Positions 31,324-45,441 of a stretch of 62,000 nt of DNA are shown in pieces (within the stretch, counting starts at the first letter, position 1; each line of letters starts with the position of its first letter). Source of the DNA: Wallemia ichthyophaga EXF-994 (lineage: Eukaryota; Fungi; Basidiomycota); contig NW_008806277.1 in the NCBI RefSeq assembly GCF_000400465.1, positions 20,001 to 82,000 of the forward strand, in the 5' to 3' direction. Under the pieces are notes generated by a model. That model ran no database searches and had not been told where the DNA came from. It saw nothing but the letters and a program-made list of their open reading frames with translations. A program made the position numbers and the translations under genes.

Positions 31324-34065
31324 ATGTCCACTCCTTATTACCAAAGTGCTTATCAAGACAGCACGCCTGGACTAAACAACGCTCCTTACAGTGATGACCC
31401 AATGAGCAATGAGGGTTTCAAGTACGCTGGTGGTGGCGCTGCTTTCGGTGGCGCACAGGTCGCAGCACCAAAACCCTGGTACAAGAAGAAGAAATTCCTT
31501 GTGAGTTACGTTGATTTGGCGTTGATGGCTGGGGCTGGGGCTGTCGACGTGGCTGCGTTGATTCCATTTTTTATTTTAATATTCAATCCGCCAATGATTC
31601 TGGATTCCGACCCTGTTGGTTCCTTATCTTAATTTAAAAATAACAGCCACCGTCATCACCGTCATTATCCAATAGCCACAACATCCACTAACACATGAAA
31701 AATCAGATTGGTATCCCTGCAGTCATCGCTGCTATCATCATAGCCTGTGTCGTTGGCGGTGTCGTCGGCTCTCGCAACGACGATGACAATAGCAACTCAA
31801 ACGCCAACAACGCAGCTCAACCTTCCCCTTCAGACGCTGCTCAATCTAAATTATCAAGCGGCAGATTCTCAACAGACACCAATGATGCTGGTGTTCCTAT
31901 CTACGGTAACAATGGTGTAAGCACTGCACAGCCTCTTTTCGTGCAAATTTTGACATATCTCAGACAAACTCAAAGCTTTTCCAAGCTCCTACCTTCCTCA
32001 GTGATCAAGATGACGAACTCAATCTTCCAACTTGCGACGAAAGCCCTCCTTCTTTCGACGGCGATGGTATTCAAGTCACCACTGACAGACCTCGTATTGG
32101 TGGTGTTGCTGGTCGCTGGGAATGCCTTAAAGACATGATCGACGCCGATGCATACATGAGCTATTGGAATCAGTCTATTTTCGATGAAGCTCAGCACTTC
32201 CTTGACACTCCAGCCCCAGCTTGGATCCCAGATGGTGGTTTAACTGGTTCTGGTGTACTCGACCAAGCTCGTGAATGTCAAATGGCTGTCAAGTCCTTGT
32301 CTTACGCGTATCGTATGACCAAAGACGATAAGTACAAGGATGGTGTTTGGGACCGTCTTCAAGTTATTGGTGGTGTCAAAGAAACTCCAGCAGGTACCGA
32401 TGAAGATTCCAAAACATACGGTTCTGGAACTGAAGGTGAAACCAACAACTGGAATCCAAAGCACTTCCTTGATACGGCTGAATTCATGAACTCTTTCGCC
32501 ATTGGTTACGATTGGCTCTACGACTCATGGTCCCAAGATGAGAAGGATTGGATCCGTGACACTCTCGTCACCTACGGTCTCAACCACTCTCAAGCTGAAA
32601 ACAACTACTGGTGGAGAAGTGAATCGGGTAACTGGAACTGTGTCTGTAACGGTGGTATGATTAACTCTGCTCTCTCCATCTGGGAAGATGACACTTCTGG
32701 TCTCGCTGAGCAGATACTCAACGAAGCTCTTGAAAACGCAAAGTCGAACTGTGTTTATGGTGCTCGCGAAGACGGTACATGGACCGAAACTTCCGACTAC
32801 TGGTACTTTGGTACCACTGGTTGGTCATTAGCCACATCCTCATTGATCGCTTCAACCGGTAATGAACAAGGAATGCTCACCACCAATCCAAACTTTTACA
32901 AGACTGCTGATTTCCATATGTACAACTTTGGTAACCAAGCTAAATTCGACTACGGTGACACTGGTCCAAACAAGTACACCGCCACCGCCAACGCTTTGGT
33001 CTTACTCGGTAGAGAAACTAAAACACCTGAATACATGCTCTACCAACGTGATCGCGCTGACGCTACTGACGCTTTCAACATGTTATGGTACGACCCTCAT
33101 GTAGCAGGTGCATGGTGGAACAACATGCCATTGGACAGATACTTTGACGACTCCCACACTCAATGGGCTTCATTCCGTTCTTCATGGACCGACAACAAGG
33201 GTCTTTTCGCAGCAATTAAAGCGGGTAACACGAGTGGTCACCAAACACACGGTGATCTTGATGTCGGTGACTTTGTCATTGATGCTCTCGGTCAGCGCTG
33301 GGCTGGTGAATTGGGTGCAGCCAACTACCTCGGTGAAAACTACTTCAACTCTGAAGCCCAAGATGCAGAGAGATGGCAATGGTACAGAAAGGGCACTGAA
33401 GGTCAAAATGTTTTGTTGTACAACAACACAAACTCAAACGCAGGTGTTGCTTCAGATGCTGCTTTCGGCACTTCAAACACTACTCAAGGTGCAACAATGG
33501 ATATTGACATTGATGATGACTCGACTGGTTTCTACACATCCGATATCACCAGCTCCTACTACGGTAACTCAGTCAAGCGTGGTTTAAGACTCCTTAACAA
33601 GCGTCGTCAAATCTTGCTTCAAGATGACATTGACACAGACGCGCAAATGCAATGGAGAATTCAAACTAACGCTACTATCTCGCTTAACGGTCAATCAGCT
33701 GATTTAGAATTGAATGGTGAAAAGATGACAGTCAGAATCACTAATCCTTCCTATACCGACCTTGAATTCGGCCAAGAGAAAGCTGAGCCAGATTCTTCAG
33801 ATGAACTTCCCGAAAACGGTGAAGGTGAAAATGCTGCTATTCCAAACGTCGACTCGCACGGTAATGAGACTAACGTAGGTGTTGATGTCTTATAATCTTC
33901 TTATCATTAACATCATCTCAGGTCCTTACTATCGATATCCCTGCCGGTTCTTACAGCTTACAAATCTCGTTCGAACCACAATGGGACGGCATGTCATCGG
34001 ATGACTTCCAAACCCCAAAGAATGTTGCTATCGACGATTGGTCGTTGAGGTCTCACGATGCATAA
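31324..34065 (+). CDS. Type II membrane heparinase II/III-like polysaccharide lyase, multi-exon
   Basis: PWYKKKKFL|IGIPAVIAAIIIACVVGGVVG anchor; GNWNCVCNGG, ETSDYWYFG, HQTHGDLDVGDFVIDALGQRWA; last exon ends SHDA* at 34065. Confidence 0.78.
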
Positions 34066-34187
34066 CCGGCGTCTCTTTTTCAATTCTGCAATATACACAC
34101 TCTCGTTTTATAACATTTTGATTATATCAATTTCAATCTTGTGAATAGAAGATTTCGAACAATGACAATGATACATTTCTTCGACGT

Positions 34188-37100
34188 CTACACGAGTAGT
34201 TTGAGCAATGCGACTGTCTTCCAGTTGTCTTGGTCCGTTGGATCAATGTGCAGTGCACGTTGAGCATCTTTCAATGCCTCCTCTGCCATTCCTCCGTCAG
34301 CTTTAGCCAGAGCTTGCAAGGCGACATTGCTAGCGTTTAATCTGGTCGCAATGCTGTCGTCGGCCAATGCTACGTTCACACCCAGATCTTTCTTGTCGGT
34401 TGCTAGTAGCAGCTTGGAGAGGTCCCTCTTGAGGTCTTGAGCGTATGGCTCGAAGGATAACTGCTTAGTGAGCATTCTGATTGTTGAGAGTGTGTCTCCC
34501 TGTGTAAATGTTAGCGTAGCATCTCATTAATCATCTCACCTACGCTCATCAAAGTATTCTGAACGAGCAGCTTGTGCACACCCCTGTGCTTATCAATCTC
34601 GCTGCGCTTGTCAATGGGCATAGACAGGATTTCAGACAATGCAGCATCGAGCAGCCCACCGTCGTGTGTGAGTATACCTATAGCTGCGAGGGTGGAGATA
34701 GCAGGGAGATACTCGCTATCAATTTCCACACACTCCAATAACACAGACGTAGCCGAGTCTCTGTCGCCCTTACACCACAAGAGCTGCGCGAGAAGCACAC
34801 CAGCATCGACATGTTTAAACTCGTCGAAAGCATCTTTGATGGGTGTGTGCGACGAGTCGCTATAATACCCAGCCAGTCCCAAGCCAAGCATAGCTGACAG
34901 CTTCATATCTTTTTCCTCCTCTTCGACCAGACTAAGAGAGATATTGAATGCTTCTATTGCGCCACCATACTCTTCCAACGCGAGTCGGATCCTGCCTAGC
35001 GAAACATTTGCAAGGGCGTAATTCCTCTCAGTTTCAGCACTCTCGCTATCTTCATACGCAGCCTCGAGGAGCTCGACACAACGCTCTATCTGTGCTCGTG
35101 CTACGTCGTGCTGTCCTAGGCGCTCACTGACAAGGGCGTGCAGATGCAGTCCGGCGCAGTCATTCGGACTGTCCTCTGTGAACCTCTGCATCGCGTAGTT
35201 TTGACGATGCATTTCGGAGCTTTCCGCTGCCTTGTTGTGAGCAAATGCGAATCCAAAGTTGCTCTCAAGCTGTTTTTGGCATGGTTAGCTTGAGTTTAGT
35301 GAAAGAAAAGTACACTAGAATACGAACCTCTGAGCCGCCTGATATAGTAAACGAGTGCTCGTACAGCATCCTGGCATCCTCGTGTCGACCTTCCGATGTC
35401 GCGAGGATGGATAACCCAACCCATGCATACACATAGTCTGGATCAACTGTCTGGGATTTCTTGAGTGCATATCCAGCCAGCTCGGCATCCTTCTGTGCTA
35501 TATACAAGAAACCTAAGTTGGTCCAGTATGTGGGGTTACGTCCATCGATCTCAATGGCTTTGATGTACGAGTGCTGAGCAAGTCGCGCATCACTCTCGAA
35601 TACAAGATTGCCTAGCGCGTTCCAATAGTCATCATTGCCAGGCTCAGAGCGTAGAGCGTTCCTTACTGCCGCAATTGACAGCTTGGACGTATCCTTTTTA
35701 ACATCTGCCTCTGACTTCAATGAGCTTTGTTTAGAAAGCTCCTCAAGAACGATAGCGAGATCATACCACGATGACCCCACGCTATCTGGTCTGCCGAAAT
35801 CCAAAGTGATTGCAAATTCGCTGGTGAGTATTGCCACCATAACACAGGCTCTGTTGATTGAGCTTCGCGTGTTGATCGTGTTGCTGATCCTACCCAAGTC
35901 GATTATATCTTTGCTATGAAATTTCCCTAAGATATCTTCCTCCTTCACTACGCTAACTATAGTCTCGACAGCTTCACTGAGATCTGAACGCACATCCAAA
36001 GCGGCCAGCTTAGCCAATCCATAGAAAGCATCACTAAAAACCTTCCACGCTACCCTCAAATACTTCTCTTGGTGAACAAGAGTAAGGGCATGTTTAACTG
36101 ACTCAATGTAGCTCTCGACGGCTCGGCCTTTGAAGCCGCTCATTGTCTCATAACGTGCTTGTGAAATATATGATTGAGACAATGCAACCACAATCGCGAG
36201 GTTGTTTTTATCGTAGATAGACTTTAAAGTCTCAATAGCCGATGCGTGGAATCCCATCAAACGCAAGACGTCAGCAGTAGCATAAAGAGCTAGCCAGTTA
36301 TCTGCACTATTATCCAGTTCCCTACTCTTACCGAAAGTTTTTAGAGCAGCAGAATGACGTCCGGCAGCTGCATAGCTCTCACCAAGACGCAACCAGCTCG
36401 ACATATCGGCAGTATTTGCACGCAAAGCGATCTGGAATGCTTCAATAGCAGCACCATAGTTATTTCTGTTGAGTTCAACCACACCAATAGCTTTCCATGC
36501 CCAGGCGTTTCTACTGAGATATCTACCTTTAACCAATTCTTCGACTGTGCTACCTTCACCTTCGACGGTCCTCCTGGCTACAATTTCCACTAAATCCCAT
36601 TCCTTTTCATCTGCGAAACCATCAGCTAACCATCTCGCTGCTTCTGTTTCGCGGCTATCCAACTCGAATGCCTTTTGGAAACACTTGGACGCGCGTACGA
36701 CATCGATTGGTTGAGCTACCTGTAAATAGTATAGACCAAGGTACGTGAAAGATGGTGCATATTTGTTGACGTGTTTGATTGATTGTATGAAGAGTGAGTA
36801 GGAGCTCATCTTCTCCTGTCCACCTTGCTCCCAAAGACATTTGCCTAGCTTGAAATAGCATCTTGCTTGGTGGGTTGCGACGTTCTCCATATCATCTCTC
36901 TTAGAAAGCTCATCCAACACCTCCTCTAGCCCAGCTTTTCCGCTTGCGTAATCAGATTGCATCACATAGCACCAACTGTGCTCCTCTTTCGCAATAAGGT
37001 TGGCGGGATCGATGGTAATAATCCTTTGGAATACTTCCCTCGCTTGTTCCCACTTGCCGCCATACTCCATACAGGTTCCTTGAGCAGTTAGAATGTCAAC

Positions 37101-38608
37101 GTCTTGAGGGCGCAGGTTGAGAACGTTGTAGATATGCCCCATTGCTCTCATGTGATGCTTGGGAGGGAAATTATAAGTGAATGAGATTGCAAGTGTGCGT
37201 TCAAAAGCCAAATTGTGCAAGTCGTACGTTAGACTACTGTCTTTAGCGAGTACAGTACAAAGATCAAGACCTGCATCTGAGACAGCTGAAGCGTCTTCAA
37301 ATTGCTTCTCAGTCTCGTAAACAAAGCTGAGTACTCTATGAGTGAAGAGAGAGCTGTTGTTTGATTCAATACCATCAATAATTGCGTTGAGTGCCATGTC
37401 CTTTGGCATGATAGGCGTTGGATCATCTTCCAATCTGAAAGAAGGAAGATAAGCAAATAAGCCATTTATGACGCCGCAAAGAGGGTGATCTGGGAATAAT
37501 GCTTGGAAGCGTCTGAGCAGGATTGCATTGTATTCATTGAGATGTTCAACATTGCACCACTCAATTATTGTAGTCCACGCTAACAAATTGGGGACATTTA
37601 TTGTCACCATTCCTGTTGCCATAGTCATGACTTGGTGGATAAGTTGTTGCTTGAGATCTGCTTCCTTGAGGGATGTGGCTAAGAGATGGTCATGTTTGAA
37701 TTTGAAGAGGGCTGCTTCGATGTCACGCCTCAGTTCGTCGGATGTGAGTGGATGATTTAGTATTTCCAAGTAAAGGGGCTCTAACTTGCTGTCTTTTGAA
37801 GATTCAGATATCAAGTTCTTCTCAATAATATCCCTTTTTGGCGCGCCCAAGCGAGTTCTCCTTTTTTCCATCTCAGACCACCTCCACTGAGACATGTTTG
37901 AGAGGTGTATGTCCTTCAACTGAATAAGAATTGGCAATGAATCGTAAATAGCGCATTGTGATTCGTAAGTAGTGGTAAGGAGAGGCTGGGTATGATCTGG
38001 TGGTGGTAGAGTGGTCAACAAGTCGTAATATTTTGAGCCAGGCAAGTACCAATGGAGGCATTCTGTCAAATCGTCGATGTTGTTGAGTTGCTTGTGAAGC
38101 TGCAATAGCTTTTGAATAGTCTCAGCTAATTTCGTAGCGTCTGAGCTGTGGTAAGTGTGGGTGAGAGGACTGTCTTTTCTTTAGTGAAAATCAACGCACG
38201 CGTCGTGGAACAACTCAAGCAATTCAAACAGAGTCTTTATGAGTCTATTCCAGTTTTCACATTTCTCATAAAAGCTGGCCAAGCCCTTTGAGAAAGGGTT
38301 AGATTTTGTGGATGAGTGAGTGAATGGCTCACCCTCCAAGCGAGTAATTGAGTTGGATTTGATTCGATAGCTCTCCTATAAGCCTTTGATAGGAGTTGTG
38401 AGTATTATTCTGTTGATTCTACCTATATAACAACCTTCTCTGCACCGATTTCGTCACCCAAATTTAGCAGAGCTAAACCGTGGAAGACGTTGGCATTGTA
38501 ATTGAAAGGCTCAAATGTAAGAATTCCTTCTACCGATATCTTTGCCTTATCAAAGTCCTTAGCATCCAAAGACTCTTTTGCTGATTTCAATTTGGCCTTT
38601 GATGACAT
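34188..38608 (-). CDS. SKI3: Superkiller complex TPR protein Ski3, multi-exon
   Basis: Start MSSKAKLKSAKESL..YNANVFHGLA, many TPRs, ASKCFQKAFELDSRE, WLRLGESYAAAGRHSAALK. Confidence 0.92.
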
Positions 38609-38624
38609 AGCTTGAACAAGGACA

Positions 38625-39527
38625 ATGAGGCGGGCAATTGGTGCATTTGGTGCACTTGACAGGATGAGAACGCGCATCTGTAGAAGTCATAAATTTCACT
38701 CCACGGCTTCAACAGGTTCTTCAAACGGATCAGACGCATCAGATTCTTCAGACTCAACGTGGAAGACAATTTTCAGTACACTAGAGAACGATTCCACTTC
38801 ACTTGATAGGCAAGAAATACGCAATTTGAAGCCTAGTGATACACTCCCACCCCTTATCGGAAATCGCAGGCAGCTTTCAAACAAGAAGACTAACATAACT
38901 GCACAAGAATCTGAAATATTTGAAGATATTCTCAATCTTCTATTCCAGCATTCACCTAATCAACATCAATCGATCGATAAGCGCAAGTTGCCTAAGCGTC
39001 CACGACTCAAACAATCTGATACAGATCTTCTACTCGATAAGTCAAGGGAGGAGCTACTAAGCTGTAGTAACCCCGTTGAGCTATTTAATTGGTCAAAACT
39101 CAACGTTTTAGACGTCGATCCAACGAGTCCCACTCTCCCTTATCTCCTCACTGACCTCATGGTTGTCTTCAGGGATACTTACAATAACCCACATCTCTCC
39201 TTGTCCATATTTAAATACGTTAAGAACAGAGGCGTATACCATTATGTTCTCGGATGCACTACTCCCGCGTATAATGAACTTATAGCGACGAAATGGGCAT
39301 CATTTGCAGATATTAATGGTGTCAGGGATATTCTCGAAGAAATGCTTACGAATGGCGTGAAGCGTGATGCTCGTACAGAGCAATTAGTTGAAGATATACG
39401 CAATGACGTCATGAAGCAACATAACAACGATATCGACGAACAACTTGCAGCGACGCTTCTCAGGATGGAGTATACGTCGTCTAAACCTTTGAAACCTTCG
39501 GAGAAATCGTCTTCCCGGTACATGTAA
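38625..39527 (+). CDS. Mitochondrial Mtf2-like protein
   Basis: Basic presequence; C-terminal LSIFKYVK..YVLGCTTPAYNELIATKW..LEEMLTNGV, typical of the Mtf2 domain. Confidence 0.7.
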   Translation: MRRAIGAFGALDRMRTRICRSHKFHSTASTGSSNGSDASDSSDSTWKTIFSTLENDSTSLDRQEIRNLKPSDTLPPLIGNRRQLSNKKTNITAQESEIFEDILNLLFQHSPNQHQSIDKRKLPKRPRLKQSDTDLLLDKSREELLSCSNPVELFNWSKLNVLDVDPTSPTLPYLLTDLMVVFRDTYNNPHLSLSIFKYVKNRGVYHYVLGCTTPAYNELIATKWASFADINGVRDILEEMLTNGVKRDARTEQLVEDIRNDVMKQHNNDIDEQLAATLLRMEYTSSKPLKPSEKSSSRYM

Positions 39528-39606
39528 CATTATTGTAAGATTCATCACAAGACATTTGAGTCAAATGCACCTGTGTGAAATATTAGTGCTTTATCACACA
39601 ACAACC

Positions 39607-39975
39607 ATGTTCAAAGGAGCAAGATTAGTTAACTCATGCGCACTCAGATGCAGCACTCGTAGATACGTAATGACCCAAGACGGGGCAACTGCGAAAGCTG
39701 TGCAGTGGAAAGAGCGTGAACAGGCACTAGAGAAGGCTTACATTGCCACAAGAGATACTGAAAACCTCCTCAAGTTGAAAAACAGTCTTGAGAAGAGCAT
39801 CGAACACATCGACAGTCACTTAAACGCACCGCCCGAGAAGGTACAGAAATCAACTCTTACAAACTCACTAGAGAGTGAGCAAGACCGCACAGCTCAGATT
39901 GATTCACTTGAGAAAGAGCTCGAACTCATTTCCAAGCGCTTGGCTTCGTTGGAAGCGGGCTCAAGACATATTTGA
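39607..39975 (+). CDS. ATP synthase inhibitor (IF1/Inh1)-like mitochondrial protein
   Basis: Presequence MFKGARLVNSCALRCSTRRY, then WKEREQALEKAYIATRDTENLLKLK, then a coiled coil. Confidence 0.6.
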   Translation: MFKGARLVNSCALRCSTRRYVMTQDGATAKAVQWKEREQALEKAYIATRDTENLLKLKNSLEKSIEHIDSHLNAPPEKVQKSTLTNSLESEQDRTAQIDSLEKELELISKRLASLEAGSRHI

Positions 39976-40016
39976 GTTTTTGACTGCTATCACGAATAAA
40001 TAAACCGATACAAACA

Positions 40017-43000
40017 TCACGGCCTCATTTTGTTACTATCATACGCATTGAATATTTTCTCTACCATGGTCTTGCTTGATGAGTTACTGTCTAATCTTGA
40101 AAGAGTCAGTTGAAGCATCAGTTTGAGCGCGCTCCTTGGTAATTCCTTGCAAGCATCTATCTGATTAAACATAGCCATCACCGTACCTCGATCTGGATAA
40201 TTGTGTGCTGATAAATAGACACCGGCTTCCCATTCAGGTCTTTTCCCAATAAGGACATCCCTAAGCACATGCTCTTCCACGCCACCTTTGCAAAGTGTTC
40301 GGATAGCGTAAGTTATCATTGAGCTTTGCAGCAGTGGTGCGAGATAACCTAGCACACTCCTTAATGTGCCTCTATATGCGGCCTGCAGGTAATTGAGCTC
40401 GCGAGCACTCAGAACAAGCTCTGTCGAGTTAGACCGAGAGTATGTCTTTTTATGTGCAAGATTGCATAAGCGGTTCAAGGTCAAATGATACCAAACACTG
40501 ACAGGCTTGTCATTAGACAGCGCATCCAACAGCACAGCATCGATGAAATTGCAGCTGCCTCCAGACCTAGCGAAGCTTGCTAGAGACGACAAACTGCCAC
40601 TCAGCTCCAGACTATTACCGACTTCTTCGTAGTTTTCGGAACGTAGCAGCCCCTGGTCGGGTGTGAGATCCGTCCTCAGGTTGGCTACAAGGTCAAGTCC
40701 AGCCTTATTTCTGCTAGCGGTAGACTTCAGATTGCGAGGATCAGCTGCGTAGCTCAAATATCCTGCTTTCTTCTTAACGTAGAAAGTCTGTGATGTCTTG
40801 AGATTCTTCAGACTGTTCTCATCGTTGAAATCAATAACAAGCGGCCAATATCTGGGCGAATCAATCTTCAGGCTGAGCAGTCTAGAATATTTGGGCACGA
40901 GCGTTGGCGCTATCATCCTCATGCTTTTCGGCATCTTGTCCAATTCGTCGACAGCCTTGATCTTAATGGGAACATAGACAGCCTCATTAGTCTTGACATC
41001 GCGCGGAATAAAGCATCGTTTCTGTACAGCCTTCACCCACAAATGTCTGTATGCGAATGAATGGTTTGACTGATCGGCTGGCGTCATTGGCCATTTGGGG
41101 TACAGAGCGCACAAGAGGAATCCAACAGCTTCGTTTGAGTTAGTGAGCGTGTACTCTCCGCCTCCTAGAAATAGTAATCCAAGTGCCATATGCGTCGCCA
41201 TCTGTGAGCCGAAGTTTCTGCCACTTGATGCACCGAATTGACCGTGAGCTATGCGGAGACGCTTCAAGATTCCAAGTTCGCCAGTGCCAGCCATAACCGC
41301 CGCTAGTGCTACGGTTATTGTGTTCAGACCTGACCTGATTGCTGCTCGTTTCACTTTGCCCTCGTATGTGATAGCTGGAATGGGAGTCAAAGTGTCAGTC
41401 CATTAACCATCGCATTGTCACACAACCCACATTTAATCGATGCGGCTTGTGTGAAGAGATCCATATAGTAAAGTAGACACTCAAACGCATCGTCTTCGGC
41501 TGTACCCGCAAATTTGAGTCCTTGAGCAAGACATGCGCCGGCGACGATGTTGTAGTAGCCCAATTCGATACTATCATCCACAGACTCAAACCTATCCTTC
41601 TTTCTATCAAGAGCAGATCGTATGAACTGGGGTATTTGACTCTCAACCCACTCCTTCTTCCTGCCAATCGAATCCCACATGATGAGATTCTTGGCGAGAG
41701 TTCTAAATAGGAGGAAATCAGGTCTGATCCAATCTAATTCAGTGGAGTTGTGGGGTAGATCCATTAGAGACGCCACGTCGCTTCTCTCAGACTTTAGAAA
41801 CCACATTGCGAGTGCCAGTGTCGCGCCGGGACTGGTAAAGTTGGCGTCAAGGGCGTCAAACTCGATGCCCGACTTGTTGTGGCCGTGCTTATCGCCATGC
41901 ATATAGTGTCTCAGTTTTGTAATCATCTGCGTCTCTGATGGCGATGTCGCTTCTTTACCTTTCGCGAGCATGACTAATCCGAAGCCAAGAGCTGCCGATA
42001 ACGAGTAGCTTCCTCGCACGCTACCCTTTCCTTCGTTTGAAGGGACATCCACTCCACCGATCTCGCCAAGCAGAATCTCAGCCTGGCGTCTCTGCCGTGT
42101 ACCAAGGTGCGCAACACCCAAGCTGAACAGTCCTGCCGCCTGTGTGAGCCCCGAAAGATTGAATTCCAGTTGGTGAGTTGGTAGTATCGCGGGTACGTGT
42201 AGCGAGAAAGCCCCTATCAACCGTTCCGGCGGATCGCCTGCATAACTGATAGCAACACCAAGCATCGTCCCTATTGTCATAAATTCATTCTTGGGCTCGA
42301 GGAACTTCTGCACGTGCCCCAGCCACATACTGCGCAAATGGCCATTCATTCCTAGCCCCAGCATCAGACCAGAGTGACGCGCTGACATGACATTCTTGCT
42401 CGGTTTATTTAGCATGATCCAGCTCTCGTCCACTGTGAGCTGCTCATTCAGCTTCAAAGCTGAGGCGACACCATTTGAAAACTCCCCCCATTCTTTGAAT
42501 TCAGTCATGATTGCTGTGGATTCGATGTTGTACGTCGTGTTAGTCGGTATCATGCGCACACGATAGTCAAAATCCGGTATCTGTAGTGGACCTGCTGGAA
42601 CACTCTGACTTGTTCCGTAAGTCAGCATACCACGTCCATATGGCAGACTTAATGTGCGTTCTGGCATCTCGTTCGTAACATTTTCCTGCTCTTTCAAAAA
42701 GTCTGGTTCACTGTATTCTAGTTAGAGGGAGTTTTACCAAACAAGAAGCAAACCCACAGCAGTCCACTGGTGTTGAGAAAGCGCATGTTTGTCAACTCGC
42801 TGCCATCCAACATCTTTGCTACCTCTTTCAAGCGATGATCCTGTGAGAATCTCAACTTTGGTATTTCCATATTATCAAATTCGACACCGGAGCAATTCTT
42901 GTTTGAAGCATTACTTTCATCTTCCTTTTTAGTTTTAACTATATTCTTGATGGTCTCCATAGACGGTAAATCGCGCACATCATCACTCTTACCCTGCCGC

Positions 43001-45441
43001 TCTTTGGCATTAGCATTTGCGACAAGGTCCTCTCTCCCTATGAGCTGGTACGCTTCTGCTGACCATCGCAGTTTCGGTCTCATCTGGCATACACGCAGGA
43101 CCTCCTGCAAAATTACTGAGAGTTGTAGCGGTAGAGTTCTGATTTTTTCATTCGTGAAGCCATTACGTATCAACTCATCCACCGTGCCTTCGAGATTGTT
43201 GTCTCCTATCAACGTAAATACTTTTTGTAATGCTACTGTCGACTGTAGTTGCTGAGGCGGTATGACAGGATAAGAAGACGAGTTTCTATCCATCCTGCAC
43301 TGCAGATCTTTGTAGATACTCGGAGGCGGCTGGATATCAATTTCAACAGACGCATGGCTTCCACAGTCAAAAGGCAGAGGGGTATATTCCCCAGCCCATC
43401 GCTGCCACCAGCCTACATAGTCTTCGCGACGTGCAGCCTTACTCAGCCATCCTAGAATCGGAGCGAGATTAGCGAGATTCTCAAACCTCGTCGTGGTATC
43501 CAATAGCACATCTTCTGCAACAAGATGCAGAGCGAGCAAGACGTGATGAAGCGCTTGCGAATGCGGCTTCAAATCAGAAGCAGATTTGTGTTGCTCTTTC
43601 TTCATTGACTCAGGAGGAACTGCGAATATATTCGAGCTTCTCAGAGCGCGTTGATGGGCTTTAGTGTTGGTCAACCTATTCCAGCCATTGCTCATTGCTG
43701 CAGTGGGTGTTTCAAGGTGCTCGCATCGTATAAAATCAGCTAGTGTACTGATTAAAGCTTCAAGACCCTTATTTTGTGGTGTGAAGTGCTTAAACATTTT
43801 CCTTGCAAAGTCCGCTTTTTCTTCGTTGGTGCAGAGAGATGAAATGAGACTGGTGCACGATTTAACAACAGGTTCAATCGGCCACTGACCCAAGTTGAAA
43901 CGTCGAACTTTGGAAGTGGTAGTTTCGATTGTGAGACAGCTGCCATTGACATCCTTGAATGCTCTCGGTAGATCTCGTGAATCTTGAAACAAGCATGGAA
44001 ATAGTATAGACTTGGGTGATTTGTGTATGAGAATATGAAGTTGTTTGGCATTATCGAGAATAACCAGCTCATCGGTATGCTCCTGGGTACATCTAATGCT
44101 AGTCACCGCAGTAGCTACGGGGAATCCAGTATCCTTTTCTTCAATATGCAGCTGACTGGTTATGGGAAGGATGGGGTCTCGGCTCACTTTGATGACTATC
44201 AATTGCGATGACAGGCCAGAGAAATGGATGGCGAGAGAAATTTCGCTTTCAGACTGATCGAATGCGTGAGCGGAGGGAGTGCTGTAACGTCCAAATTAAA
44301 GATATTTCAAAAAGCATTAAAGCACGCACCTCGAATCTATATCAGCTGCTTTGCATTCCCAAAGCAAATCGATAAAAACGTCAGACTCGCTGGAAAGCGT
44401 CTGAGTCTCATCGGGTTTCGAGCCTGGTGGAGCTCTGTTGGAAGCAGATTCGCCAGCGAGAATCATTCTATCCATGGTGAGACTGATATCGCTATTATCG
44501 AACGTATTCTCGAGAGTAGTGTTGACCTTAGACTTGATACTGCTCCTACGACGATTCGGCTGCGGTCTCGGTGTTGAAGATCTCTTTAAGTTTGAAGACA
44601 CAATTGGAGCATTCGGGAGGGAGGAAGGTGCGGCATAATCAGGGGAGGGAGGATTGGTTTTGATGGGATGTTTGAGTCTGGTATAACGAAAAACACTGAG
44701 TGTCTTTGATTGTGAGTCAAACGAGATGAGAAATGGCCAATTGTGTTTTGTGGATTGGTTGTGTGGTTGCATGGGAGTGATGAGGACGATGCGAGATTTT
44801 GGACGCGGGGTGAAATCGAAAGGCCTGATAGGATTTCTGTAAGCGTCATAGCCTTTGCAGCCACCAATTGGTCTCCAAGGGTGCCAAATACCAGATAAAA
44901 CAGCCCAAGAGGACACCTTTTCACCGGCTCTGCGAGCGTCACTGCGTTCTACGAGCCAACCAAGGCCAAGGTCCCAGCTTCTGTAGAGGTTGAAAGGGAG
45001 TGGAAGAGAGTAATCAAGACCAGGATCGAGGAAGAACAAGCGTGCGAGATTAGCAGTGGAACTGATTGCCAAATCGAGGTCATTCTCGTTTGTGTTTGAG
45101 GTGAGGGTGGAGTGTAAAAACACTATGAGGCACTCTCTAGGCTTATCGTCTGCGCTGTTGAGATGGAGTTGTCCAAAAGACGCGTGTGAGATGTTGAGAT
45201 GATCGCTGTCGAATTTGAGAATGCGCTGGATATGCGAGTGGCTGCTAACAACGAGATGAGAATTCTGCCACGTGAGCTCGCGTTGGCCATGTAGAGATCT
45301 ATGCAATGGCAGTGGCAGCGGGGGCTGGTAGAGCTTAAATAGGCCAGGCTCAATGGAAGGAGGTGGTGGAGGATACGACGGGGATTTATTTATCTTATTA
45401 AGGTAGATGGTCGCAGGTGAATTGAGATTTATAATTTCCAT
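40017..45441 (-). CDS. APC1: Anaphase-promoting complex subunit 1, multi-exon
   Basis: Proteasome/cyclosome repeats (HSGLMLGLGMNGHL, YSLSAALGFGLVMLAKG), MATHMALGLLFLGGG, LKIDSPRYW. Confidence 0.93.
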
